NCBI GenBank assembly: GCA_017629245.1
Contig: JAGBXO010000007.1
Coordinates: 14,100 to 78,099 of the forward strand
Direction: 5' to 3'
DNA: 64,000 bases
From: Alphaproteobacteria bacterium
Lineage (GTDB): Bacteria; Pseudomonadota; Alphaproteobacteria; Rs-D84
Shown here: positions 17,272 to 26,768 of the stretch, piece after piece
How positions within the stretch are numbered: the stretch's first letter is position 1
Layout of the letters: each line of letters begins with the position of its first letter
Notes under the pieces: generated by a model
Seen by the model: the letters and a program-made list of their open reading frames with translations, nothing else
The model's database searches: none
Told to the model about the DNA's origin: nothing
Translations under genes and position numbers: made by a program

Positions 17272-20200
17272 CTATTGGTTATCATTCACCACAGAATACT
17301 TAGTATTATTATACTTCACCTTCAGTGGGCCCGATAACGTTGTACTCATATTACCATAGAACATCTTCTCGCCAACTTTCAGATGCAACAGTGGCGATAT
17401 CCCCGTGCGCTTTTCACTGCGCAGATATATTACATTATCACCTGCATGCAACTTGCGTCCACAGTCGCCGGCCTCGTTCGCGCACAGCCCCGCGCCACAT
17501 GTCACCAGACCTGTTGCACATGCCGTACGGGTCAGGCTGTCCGCCCCCGACCAGTATCCACTTTCAACATCCCGACATACATTCGCCAACAAATCTGACG
17601 ATGTTTTGTATGTAAAGTCTTGCGTGGCACTGGTACTATCATTAAACTGTTTATTGTAATACCCACCATTACATGTCAAGTCTGGCTTATTTACCCAACA
17701 GCCTTTACCATCACCCTTTACGCCATATGTGTCCGCACTCGCATCAACATAACACGAATACATAGTCAGATTCCCATCAGCTATTGATGCATTTTTAAAG
17801 CTTGCCTGACATCCTGCGCGAACTGTGTGATTCCCGGCCTCGTTGCTAGTATTCCAGTATCCATACCCCGATGCACCCGACACAGTCGGACATGGTTCAC
17901 ATTTACTCATACCTTCCTGGTCTGCATATGTCGCATCTGTACAAGCATCACAGCTGGATAATTCTCCATATGTCACTGGATGTGCTTCCTTGGCATAGCC
18001 CAACGCGCATTTACCACTGGCACTGCTTTCTTTGGCAACTTTAACATACTTGCCGCCCAGAACATTCATTGTACACTGTGATTCCAGGCTGTATCCTGTT
18101 GTACCATCACGATATCCCGGCGGGCATTCTTCTCTGCCACCCGCAGTATTACCGTATAACTTTATACCGCCCGGACAGTAATAACCGGCAGAACACGTGA
18201 CAAATTCTTGGTCTCCTTCTATCTCAACATAATTACCAGGAGTTGTTATTGCATAACACTGTTCATATTTATCCGCCCCCACATCAGATTTATTGAAAAC
18301 ATTGTCACCACTTTCATCACATGGCGTGCGTCCACCGGTTGTTGGGTGTGTATCAGATGATGTGCCACCATAGTATACCTTGACCGAACCTGGGCAATAT
18401 CCATCCGCTGCACACGAAACCAGACCCGCACCCGCATTCGCAACATAATTCGTGGCTGTTGTATTCAGGTAACAGTCATTAACCGTTGTTGCGCCCGCCG
18501 CAGACAACGTGTACTTACTATTTGTACCACTTGAACATGTCGCGCATGCATTGCTGTTCTTATAGTAGTTTGCAGAACATCCCGCTGTTGCCTTAATCGT
18601 GCACAGATTGGTCATCTTGTTATCTGTGCCCCAAACCGGCGTTTCCCAACCTGTTGATTCCACCCCCGTCGCGTTAGAGCAGGTTGCTGTACACGATGTC
18701 GCACCATCCGCACTGTTCGTCTTGCCCCCAGCACATGCTTTACACGCGCTTTGTCCTGTTGTATCAGTGTACGAACCCATCACACATTTCGTCTGGTTGC
18801 TGGCCCCTGTTGTACCGACAAAGTACCCCGCATCCGCCAAATTACATGCAACTGTATTACCCAATGCAACTGTAGTTGAGGCCTTGTATGTACCTGTCGC
18901 ACACGCCTTTGGTGCTGCTGATAACACAACCAGTTCGCCCGTTGGATTTTCAGTGTTCCGTGTTTGGAAATCCGCATCCTGGAATACTGTTGTATAATCC
19001 TGGTTGTTTTCCGATACAGAAATCGCCATATTCTGGTACACACGTCCGTCGGTGTACATCGCAAATTTAATAGACCCCAGATTTTGTACCGAACCCAAAT
19101 CCCAAACCAACGTTGACCCCTGGGCATACGTTTCCCCTGTTGTGCCACGTGTCCAGGAACCATCTGTTGCCGCCGTCAACTTTGAACCTGTTGTGCCACC
19201 TTTGCCAGACAACAGATTCGTACCTGTTCCATCTGCAGATGCAAACGCCTGGATTTCCAGCATGTGTGTATCAGAGTTTTTTGCACTGCCACTTGATGTC
19301 ACTTTGATATAACGCGCTGCAATCGTAGTAGCACCAACCATTTTACCTTGTACTGTCTGTACACAATCAGATTTTGCATCGTGACCACTGGCCGATGTAC
19401 TGGTCGATGTATATCCATCCATACAGTAATTAACAGGTGATATATTGCCCCAATTAACCAAATGTGCACCTGTGAACCAACCACCCGCTGGCGATGTACA
19501 TGCTGCATTCGCGCTAACAACACGCGTACCCGCTGCACAAGACGCCTGACACTGGCTTACATTTGTCTTACCAGTTTGCGTGCCACCACGATAGTTAGAA
19601 TCGCATATGCCACATGTTTGACCCTCGATACATGTGCCAGTTGCAGATGTGCCACCACCGTTGGAGTAGTATGCCACCGCTAATTTGCCACATGTTTTAC
19701 CACTGCCGGTACAGCCGTTACCGTTGGCGGTTGGTGTTTTTGTTGTTCCGCCACCTGTTGAATAATAACCGCCATCAACTATGCCGCATGTATTTGCTGT
19801 GCCATCAGATTTTTCCCCAACACAACTGTTTGACAGATATGGGGCGGCTTTTTTCGCACCACCTGTCGAATAATAACCTGCCTCAATCAGACCGCAACTT
19901 TTGCCATCAATACATGTGCCATTTGCCGTTGTTCCACCACCTGTTGCATAAAACCCACCAGCAATTGCGCCACATTCATAACCACTGATGCATGTACCAT
20001 TGGGCGACGTTCCACCACCAGTGCTGTAATAACCTGCCGCAACTGGGGACATAGATGAACCGTCGGTTGTATAATATCCCGCAGGTACCACACCTCCTTT
20101 ATAGTCACCGGAACAAACACCACCAATGTCATCTATACCACATCCGTCATTATAATATCCAGACTGAATCGCCCCACATTCACATCCTGCCGCGCAATCG

Positions 20201-23200
20201 ACATCTTGAGTTGCAGGGTATTTATATGTTGCACCACATGTCGAATAATAGCCACTTGATATAACACCGCAATAGTCATAATCGCCACCCATACCGATAC
20301 AATCAGACTTGGCAGTTGGTGTCGCAGTTTTGGCGCCTGAAACAGACCAATAGCCCGCATTAATTAAACCACATGTATTACCCGAACCGACACAATCAGA
20401 AGCCGTTGGTTTAGCCACGGTTGCGCCACCTGTTGCGAAATACCCACCGTCGACCTGGCCACTACCTGTGCTGGATGTTGCGCCTGCTGCCCCCCAATAA
20501 CCTGGTTCAACGGTACCACATTGCGTTGTGCTATCATTTACGCAACCACTACCACGCGTGACCGGTGTTGGTGATGTACCACCACCCATGTTATAATACC
20601 CCGCATTAACCTTGCCATTACCCATAGGCATTGTTGCACCACCGGTTGAGTAATATCCCGCATCAACCATGCCGCTACCCTTCTGGGTTGTTGCTCCGGC
20701 TTCGCCCCAATAGCCCGCTGCAATTCTTCCGCCCTGATTTTGAGAACATGAACTCTGGATTCCTCCCTCTGGATCTGCACCACAACCATTGTTCCAATAT
20801 CCTGCAGAAACCTTACCTGAACCCTTTGAACTCGTTGCGCCGTATCCGCCCCAATAACCCGCATCAATTATTCCTCCTCTATTGGATGAAGAACAAGAAG
20901 TATCGATTCCACCTTTTGGATTTATGCCACAACCGTCATTCCAATATCCTGGCAAAAGCTGGCCACAACCCTTATCTTTCAGGCATCCATTACCCGGACT
21001 GGTTGGTCTTGCAGCTGTTCCACCACCGGTTGAGTAAAATCCTGCATCAACCACGCCACTACCAGCCGGTGTTGTTGCGCCGGCTTCACCCCAATGCCCC
21101 GGACTAATAATTCCTCCTGCATACTCCGAACCACAAGCATCACTAATTCTCCCATCTGGATTTGTACCACAACCATTATTCCAATATCCTGCAGAAACCT
21201 TACCACAGCCATTAGTGCCCTCGAGAACACATCCATCTCCAGCTGTTGTTGGTGTTGCCGATGTTCCCCCTCCAGTGTTCCAATATCCTGCATCAATCGC
21301 GCCACATTCTTGTCCGTCCAGACATCCATTCCCCGCCTCGTACGGGTTTTCCAATGTTCCGCCACCATTGGAATAAAATCCTGCCAAAACCATGCCGCTA
21401 CCCTTCGAGGTTGTTGCGCCGGCTTCGCCCCAATAGCCCGCCTCAATTGTTCCGCACTCAAAGCCCAGCTTTGTGTTACATACACCTTCTGCATACATAC
21501 CTGCACCGGTTGAATAATACCCCGCTTTAACCTTGCCACAGCTTTGCCCCGGCAGGCATCCATTGCCCGCACCGGTTGGTGTCAACGACGTTCCACCGCT
21601 ATTGGAATAGTATCCTGCTGCAACACTGCCACATTCTTCGCCTTCTGCACAACCTGCACCAATCGCCGATGAACCACCACCAGTTGAATATGCGCCACCC
21701 GCAACCATTCCACATGCTTTAAATGAGCTATTCGACATACCTGGTTCCTCATAGTATCCTGTACAATCTGTACCATGAACCGGTGTTGCGGTTGTCATAC
21801 CAGTAACCCTACTGTAATATCCCGGCGCCAACTTTCCGCATTCCTGACCGGCCAGGCATCCGTTCCCCGCCGCGGTTGGTGTCGCCGACGTTCCACCGCC
21901 ATTGGAATAGTACCCAAGCCCAACTGCACCAGAACCCTTGCTGGATGTACCGGCACCTGCGGACCAATATCCCGGCTCAATCATACCGCATTCTTGCTGG
22001 CTGCGACATCCCATGCGAACAGTGCTTATCCCCTGATTTAACAAATCAACATTGAACCCCAGGGCAGTACTGTTTGTTACATCTAAATTCCCCGGTGCAG
22101 GCAATACACCACCACCCGTCGAATAATATCCTGGCAAAATCGAACCGCAGACATTTTTGCGTGGCACTTCAGTACTTCCCCAGATATCAGTTCCAATATA
22201 ACCAACACAATCTGCCGATGTTGGGTTTGATTTTATCGCCCCCCCGGTCGAGAAGTATCCTGCCTCAAGCTCGCCGCATGTTCCACCTGCTACGCAGTCT
22301 TCATTTGAATGTGGTTGGGCTGTTTTCGCACCACCGGTTGAAAAACAACCTGCCGCTACAGCACCTTCACCAGTTGAGCTTTTTCCGCCACCGCTTGACC
22401 AATAACCCGGGGCAACCTTGCCACAATTTTCGCCTGCAATACACCCGTTTCCACTGGCGGTTGGACGTGGATGTGTACCACCACCGGTTGAATAATAACC
22501 TGCATCAACAAAACCACAGCCCATAGAGTTTGCAACACCATCAATCGTTACCAGTTCACAGTCTGCACTCATATAACTTGGTGATTTCTTTTTCATCCCC
22601 GGTTGCACACTGAAATATCCCGCAGCCAATGGCCCACAACCATTGCCACCGACACAGCCCGTACCTTCTTTTGGTGTTGATGTTGTCGCACCACCAGCTG
22701 AATAGTATCCAACACTGACCAAACCATCAATCCCCAAATTATCAGCATATGTACCACTGCCACAAGATGTAAACCCCGTACGCCCGCTACAGTACGAACC
22801 AGCAGGGCATACCTGTGCATCACGATACAACATACTCCGGGTACTATCATCACAATAGGTATCTGAATACCTTGTCGTCAAATAATAACCTGCATTTGGG
22901 CGCGTATAATACAAATTGCCGTTTTTATCATATTTTTCGGTGCTGGTGTTATATTGCACAGCTTCTATTATAAAATAACCACGCGAGTTTGTATAAGAAT
23001 AAGTTGCCCTACAAGATTCAATCGTTGTCCCCCCAACCAAAGAACTCCAATCTGTTTGTTGTGCCGAACCTAATACCAAATTCTCGTTTGGATAAACATA
23101 GGCACCGTGTGTCAGGTTATCATAACTGGTCATCTTATGATCCGCAACCGTCGGACATGCCGTACATTCCACAACATCCGATGCAGCAACGGTCACTTCG

Positions 23201-24390
23201 CCGTGATATGTCCCGGGCACGCATTGGGTATTTGTTCTGACCCTGACGGGTACATGTTGCATCACGGCCGGTGCTGCCGAGGTAGAACTAACCAGGCCAT
23301 TAAATACAGTTGTCCATGTTGTGGCATCGGCCGATATTTCGATTACGATCTTGCGCGTAATATTACCCCCCAACGCAAATAAAATATTTGAAATCGGCAC
23401 AACCCCACTTGTTCTAAACATCGCCATATATCCCTGGGCAGATGTTGCACTTACTACAGCAGTAGTACCCAAATTACCATCTATGGCATTACCTGCACTT
23501 ATCATAGAAGAATTTGCACTTAATCCCTGTGCTACACCATCGGAAATCACTTGAATTTCTGCCAATGGAAACGCACCTTGCACAGAACTGATTCGGATAT
23601 ATTGTGCATCTGGTTCGGCGACCACAGAACTGTATCCACCCGGCACCGTCACCAAACAATCGGCCGCCGAATCATGTAAACTAGGTACCATGCCACGCAT
23701 ATCAGAACCGTATGGACAATAGGTAATTGATGAAATCCTACCATAGTAAACATTATGTACTTTCGAACTGTACCATGACATACCTATGGTCGAGTCACTT
23801 CCCGTAGTACAGGCGTTACCAGGGCTAAACACAGCCGTACCAGGCGCACAAGTTGCATAACAATCCGATTGTGAATCTGAACCCGCCGCACTGTTTCCAT
23901 AACCTGTTGGGCATGCAGTTGGGCTGCTACTGCCTTCTGGACAGTATGAATTTGCAGGACAAGCACCCGTAATTCCACGATCTGTTGATGTTGCAACTTC
24001 GTCTGTTGTATCTGTTGGCGCATCGCAAACTTTCCCCGCAGGACACTTAGCGCATGTTGTAGTGCCCGCCATGATATATTCCCCAGCGGCGCAATGAATC
24101 CCCGCCCTTACCGGACACGCTTGACCGCCTAAACATTTATACCCATCTGGACACTTTAAACATGTTTTGCCAACGACAGGCGTGGCCATAGTTCCCGTCC
24201 ACGCCGACGAATCGGTGCCGCATGCCTCAAGATAATAGCCTTCGACACACGAAGTATACGTCTCAACCGTGTTACAGGTATACCCCGCCGCCATCAAATT
24301 ACCGGTAAAAAGCAAAACGAATAAAAACGCGCAAAACCGCAGAAATCTAAACATTCTTCCCACTTTCTTTTTCTCTTTTGTATTTATCAT
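17272..24390 (-). CDS. Giant (~2370 aa) secreted cysteine-rich surface protein with two F5/8-type-C (discoidin)-like domains and ~30 tandem Gly-rich repeats
   Basis: Signal peptide (MINTKEKKKVGRMFRFLRFCAFLFVLLFTGNLMA). The maximal ORF extends to 24474; likely starts are 24390 or 24354. Two discoidin-like regions are present (…AGNAIDGNLGTTAV… and …ATDGSWTRGTTGETYAQGSTLVWDLG…). A long array of ~35-aa repeats of form AGY(Y/W)S-GGG-S-TPT--GNGC--G--CG-h-AGY follows. Cys-rich modules (CxxC.AG.Y., TTPGNYV...C.AGYYCPGG) are shared with the 38733..45632 protein. Confidence 0.6.
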   Translation of the reverse strand: MINTKEKKKVGRMFRFLRFCAFLFVLLFTGNLMAAGYTCNTVETYTSCVEGYYLEACGTDSSAWTGTMATPVVGKTCLKCPDGYKCLGGQACPVRAGIHCAAGEYIMAGTTTCAKCPAGKVCDAPTDTTDEVATSTDRGITGACPANSYCPEGSSSPTACPTGYGNSAAGSDSQSDCYATCAPGTAVFSPGNACTTGSDSTIGMSWYSSKVHNVYYGRISSITYCPYGSDMRGMVPSLHDSAADCLVTVPGGYSSVVAEPDAQYIRISSVQGAFPLAEIQVISDGVAQGLSANSSMISAGNAIDGNLGTTAVVSATSAQGYMAMFRTSGVVPISNILFALGGNITRKIVIEISADATTWTTVFNGLVSSTSAAPAVMQHVPVRVRTNTQCVPGTYHGEVTVAASDVVECTACPTVADHKMTSYDNLTHGAYVYPNENLVLGSAQQTDWSSLVGGTTIESCRATYSYTNSRGYFIIEAVQYNTSTEKYDKNGNLYYTRPNAGYYLTTRYSDTYCDDSTRSMLYRDAQVCPAGSYCSGRTGFTSCGSGTYADNLGIDGLVSVGYYSAGGATTSTPKEGTGCVGGNGCGPLAAGYFSVQPGMKKKSPSYMSADCELVTIDGVANSMGCGFVDAGYYSTGGGTHPRPTASGNGCIAGENCGKVAPGYWSSGGGKSSTGEGAVAAGCFSTGGAKTAQPHSNEDCVAGGTCGELEAGYFSTGGAIKSNPTSADCVGYIGTDIWGSTEVPRKNVCGSILPGYYSTGGGVLPAPGNLDVTNSTALGFNVDLLNQGISTVRMGCRSQQECGMIEPGYWSAGAGTSSKGSGAVGLGYYSNGGGTSATPTAAGNGCLAGQECGKLAPGYYSRVTGMTTATPVHGTDCTGYYEEPGMSNSSFKACGMVAGGAYSTGGGSSAIGAGCAEGEECGSVAAGYYSNSGGTSLTPTGAGNGCLPGQSCGKVKAGYYSTGAGMYAEGVCNTKLGFECGTIEAGYWGEAGATTSKGSGMVLAGFYSNGGGTLENPYEAGNGCLDGQECGAIDAGYWNTGGGTSATPTTAGDGCVLEGTNGCGKVSAGYWNNGCGTNPDGRISDACGSEYAGGIISPGHWGEAGATTPAGSGVVDAGFYSTGGGTAARPTSPGNGCLKDKGCGQLLPGYWNDGCGINPKGGIDTSCSSSNRGGIIDAGYWGGYGATSSKGSGKVSAGYWNNGCGADPEGGIQSSCSQNQGGRIAAGYWGEAGATTQKGSGMVDAGYYSTGGATMPMGNGKVNAGYYNMGGGTSPTPVTRGSGCVNDSTTQCGTVEPGYWGAAGATSSTGSGQVDGGYFATGGATVAKPTASDCVGSGNTCGLINAGYWSVSGAKTATPTAKSDCIGMGGDYDYCGVISSGYYSTCGATYKYPATQDVDCAAGCECGAIQSGYYNDGCGIDDIGGVCSGDYKGGVVPAGYYTTDGSSMSPVAAGYYSTGGGTSPNGTCISGYECGAIAGGFYATGGGTTANGTCIDGKSCGLIEAGYYSTGGAKKAAPYLSNSCVGEKSDGTANTCGIVDGGYYSTGGGTTKTPTANGNGCTGSGKTCGKLAVAYYSNGGGTSATGTCIEGQTCGICDSNYRGGTQTGKTNVSQCQASCAAGTRVVSANAACTSPAGGWFTGAHLVNWGNISPVNYCMDGYTSTSTSASGHDAKSDCVQTVQGKMVGATTIAARYIKVTSSGSAKNSDTHMLEIQAFASADGTGTNLLSGKGGTTGSKLTAATDGSWTRGTTGETYAQGSTLVWDLGSVQNLGSIKFAMYTDGRVYQNMAISVSENNQDYTTVFQDADFQTRNTENPTGELVVLSAAPKACATGTYKASTTVALGNTVACNLADAGYFVGTTGASNQTKCVMGSYTDTTGQSACKACAGGKTNSADGATSCTATCSNATGVESTGWETPVWGTDNKMTNLCTIKATAGCSANYYKNSNACATCSSGTNSKYTLSAAGATTVNDCYLNTTATNYVANAGAGLVSCAADGYCPGSVKVYYGGTSSDTHPTTGGRTPCDESGDNVFNKSDVGADKYEQCYAITTPGNYVEIEGDQEFVTCSAGYYCPGGIKLYGNTAGGREECPPGYRDGTTGYSLESQCTMNVLGGKYVKVAKESSASGKCALGYAKEAHPVTYGELSSCDACTDATYADQEGMSKCEPCPTVSGASGYGYWNTSNEAGNHTVRAGCQASFKNASIADGNLTMYSCYVDASADTYGVKGDGKGCWVNKPDLTCNGGYYNKQFNDSTSATQDFTYKTSSDLLANVCRDVESGYWSGADSLTRTACATGLVTCGAGLCANEAGDCGRKLHAGDNVIYLRSEKRTGISPLLHLKVGEKMFYGNMSTTLSGPLKVKYNNTKYSVVNDNQ
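19700..22800 (-). repeat. Intragenic tandem repeat array (~100-nt period, Gly/Cys-rich ~33-35 aa units) inside the giant protein gene
   Basis: Repeated peptide units are visible in the translation (AGYYSTGGGTS.TPT..GNGC..G..CG...AGYW, GYWGEAGATT.KGSG.V.AGYY...). Boundaries are approximate. Confidence 0.55.
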
Positions 24391-24476
24391 AGAAAAACCA
24401 GCATTTTTGCACAAGTAAAAAATTCCCCAATCACAGAAATTATTTTTTTGACAGTATGTTTTACTATCCGCCAATC

Positions 24477-24500
24477 AAAAAAAAATCCCCTTGCGGGGAC
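24477..24500 (-). terminator. Rho-independent terminator of gpmI
   Basis: Minus strand: TCCCC-gcaa-GGGGA followed by T9. Confidence 0.5.
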
Positions 24501-24503
24501 TTG

Positions 24504-25976
24504 TTATACTAATGACACACCTGTCATTTGTGCTGGAATTTCTACCCCCAGCATTTTCAGCATTGTCGGCGCAATATCGGCCAGCCCCCCATCGCGCACC
24601 ATTTTGACATCATTTGACACAACTATCAGATTTACCGGATTGGTTGTATGTGCTGTCCAGGGCAGATTATTTTTCGCATCCCACAGTTTTTCTGCATTTC
24701 CGTGATCTGCTGTTATCAACACCGCGCCACCACGCGCCAATACTGCCGGCACCAAACGCGCCAATTGCGCATCCAGTGTTTCCATCGCACGAATTGTCGC
24801 ATCAACATTACCCGTATGCCCAACCATATCACCATTTGCCCAATTTAGTATTACAACATCCCAATTCCCCAGTTCTGGGATTAACGCATCTGTAATTTCA
24901 ACCGCGGACATTTCTGGCTTTAAATCGAATGTCGCGACATCGGGCGACGGGATTAAGATTTTCTTTTCTTTATCAAAGTCAACATTGCGTTCCGCATCAA
25001 AGAAATATGTCACATGATTATACTTTTCCGTCTCGGCAATGCGCAGTTGCGACAAACCATGCGCCGCCAACACATCCCCCAGTGTATTTTCTATACTTTC
25101 ATCTGGCAACAGTGCAGGGCACAATTCATTCAATCCTTCGCCATATTGCGAAAAGCACAACACATGTGCACCTGTCTTTAACAGTTCGCGCATAATTTGG
25201 CGTGCACGGTCACTGCGATAGTTCCCAAACAGCACCCCATCGCACACACGAATCGGCATATCTCCGTCGATAATTGTTGGTACGATAAATTCATCAGTCT
25301 GACCACGGGCATACGCATCTGCCAATGCAGCATCAATCGTTGGCGCACAGAATTCAGATTTTGCATTTGCAATTGCATCGATTGCCAACTGCGTTCTGTC
25401 CATATTTTGGTTTCTGTCCATCGCATAATAACGTCCTGACAAGGTTCCAAAAAACACACGCCCATCACCAATTGCATCTGCCAGTCTATTTTTTATCAAC
25501 GCAATATATTCCGGTGCAGACTGGGGCAGGGTATCGCGCCCATCTGCGATAAAGTGAATACACACACGCAACCCTGAATCAACAATCCGTTCTACAATTG
25601 TCAAAATATCATTAATGTCAGAATGAACACGCCCGTCACTCATTAATCCGGCGACATGGACAATACCACCATCGCTTTTCACAGATGAAATAAATTCGTT
25701 CAACGGGGCGTTCTTTGTCCAATCTTCTATTTGGAATCTGCGCAAGAACTGGTTAACCACCCGACCCGCGCCAATTGTGATATGTCCAACCTCAGAATTT
25801 CCCATTGTTCCATCCGGCAGCCCAACCGCCACCCCACTGGCATTCAAACGCGAATGTGGATATTTTGCCAACAATTCATTAAAGAAAGGCATTTTCGCCT
25901 GTGTAACAGCATTATATTCGGACACAGTATCTATACCGACACCATCCATAATACATAAAACCAACGGTTTGTTCAT
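24504..25976 (-). CDS. gpmI: 2,3-bisphosphoglycerate-independent phosphoglycerate mutase
   Basis: N-terminus MNKPLVLCIMDGVG; ~490 aa iPGM with the metal-binding motifs (ADHGN, SDGRVHSD). Confidence 0.9.
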   Translation of the reverse strand: MNKPLVLCIMDGVGIDTVSEYNAVTQAKMPFFNELLAKYPHSRLNASGVAVGLPDGTMGNSEVGHITIGAGRVVNQFLRRFQIEDWTKNAPLNEFISSVKSDGGIVHVAGLMSDGRVHSDINDILTIVERIVDSGLRVCIHFIADGRDTLPQSAPEYIALIKNRLADAIGDGRVFFGTLSGRYYAMDRNQNMDRTQLAIDAIANAKSEFCAPTIDAALADAYARGQTDEFIVPTIIDGDMPIRVCDGVLFGNYRSDRARQIMRELLKTGAHVLCFSQYGEGLNELCPALLPDESIENTLGDVLAAHGLSQLRIAETEKYNHVTYFFDAERNVDFDKEKKILIPSPDVATFDLKPEMSAVEITDALIPELGNWDVVILNWANGDMVGHTGNVDATIRAMETLDAQLARLVPAVLARGGAVLITADHGNAEKLWDAKNNLPWTAHTTNPVNLIVVSNDVKMVRDGGLADIAPTMLKMLGVEIPAQMTGVSLV

Positions 25977-26092
25977 GTTTTCTCCCTTAACTAGTGTTAA
26001 AATTCAGGGTATCATAACCGTTTTTTAATTGCAAAAGCAAAAGAAAAATTGTATAAAATATTCCAACAGGAAAGTAATATGGAGATTAAGAA

Positions 26093-26512
26093 ATGAGCGG
26101 CAAACCATTTAGACCAAATTCAATTGATGAACATATTGGCCAGCGTATGCAACTGCGCCGCATTATGATGGGCATGTCCCAGAAAGATTTGGCAAAAATC
26201 TGTGGGGTCACATTTCAACAGATTCAAAAATATGAATCCGCAGGCAATCGCATATCTGCATCGCGCCTGTTTGAACTAAGTGCCGCACTGGAAACCCCGG
26301 TTTCATTTTTCTTTGCTGGCTTGCCTGGTCATATCGAGCGCGAACCACGCAACGGTCACTTGCCAAAAACACATTTGCGCGACAACCGTCCATCTGATCC
26401 ATTGGGAAAAAATGAATCATTACAATTAATAAATCTGTATTGGAAATTACCAAATGACGAGCAACGCGAAATGGTAATGAAAATGTTGCGCGCCCTAAAT
26501 GGCCAGGAATAG
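26093..26512 (+). CDS. XRE-family helix-turn-helix transcriptional regulator
   Basis: HTH_3 motif (IGQRMQLRRIMMGMSQKDLAKICGVTFQQIQKYESAGNRISASRLFELSAALETPVSFFF). Confidence 0.75.
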   Translation: MSGKPFRPNSIDEHIGQRMQLRRIMMGMSQKDLAKICGVTFQQIQKYESAGNRISASRLFELSAALETPVSFFFAGLPGHIEREPRNGHLPKTHLRDNRPSDPLGKNESLQLINLYWKLPNDEQREMVMKMLRALNGQE

Positions 26513-26532
26513 GGCACATTCAATATTATTAT

Positions 26533-26557
26533 AAACCGCCACGGCGGTTTTTTTTAT
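26533..26557 (+). terminator. Terminator after XRE regulator gene
   Basis: AACCGCC-ac-GGCGGTT hairpin followed by T8. Confidence 0.5.
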
Positions 26558-26625
26558 TATTCCTATTTACACAGATAAATAAAAGTTTAGCAAAGTATTT
26601 TAAATAAAAAAAATTAAGAACCCTT

Positions 26626-26650
26626 GTCATCCCCGCGACGGCGGGGATAG
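26626..26650. repeat. Short palindromic element GTCATCCCCGCGACGGCGGGGATAG (copy 2)
   Basis: Perfect inverted repeat ATCCCCGC/GCGGGGAT with GTCAT prefix. It is 21/25 identical to the element at 2108..2132. Confidence 0.5.
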
Positions 26651-26744
26651 AGGCCAAGAAATTTCAGAAATATTACTTAGTGCGCTTTGCATACGGTTTT
26701 AAAGTCCTATTCCTGCCTGCGCGGTAATGACAAAACAGTAAAAA

Positions 26745-26768
26745 CCCGCCACATGGGCGGGATTTTTC
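26745..26768. terminator. Bidirectional terminator immediately after the 26768..27964 gene
   Basis: CCCGCC-acatg-GGCGGG hairpin; a T-run on the plus strand overlaps the minus-strand stop codon and an A-run precedes it. Confidence 0.5.

Noticed and set aside
19700-22800. Regular ~100-nt periodic repeats that could be mistaken for a CRISPR array
   Set aside because: The repeats are in-frame coding repeats of a single 7 kb ORF, the period is not repeat-spacer structured, and there are no cas genes in the window.
17272-24474. Numerous 60-200 aa ORFs on the strand opposite the two giant genes and other long genes (e.g. 20979..21572, 22074..22526, 41888..42352, 44537..44980)
   Set aside because: They are shadow ORFs inside well-supported long coding frames, with repeat-driven low-complexity translations (His/Leu/Pro-rich), no RBS and no independent signals.
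24391-24474. N-terminal 28-40 codons of the maximal giant ORF (MADSKTYCQKNNFCDWGIFYLCKNAGFS…)
   Set aside because: The segment is Cys/aromatic-rich and non-signal-like. A basic-hydrophobic signal peptide begins at the internal Met (24390 or 24354), so the extension is probably untranslated leader.
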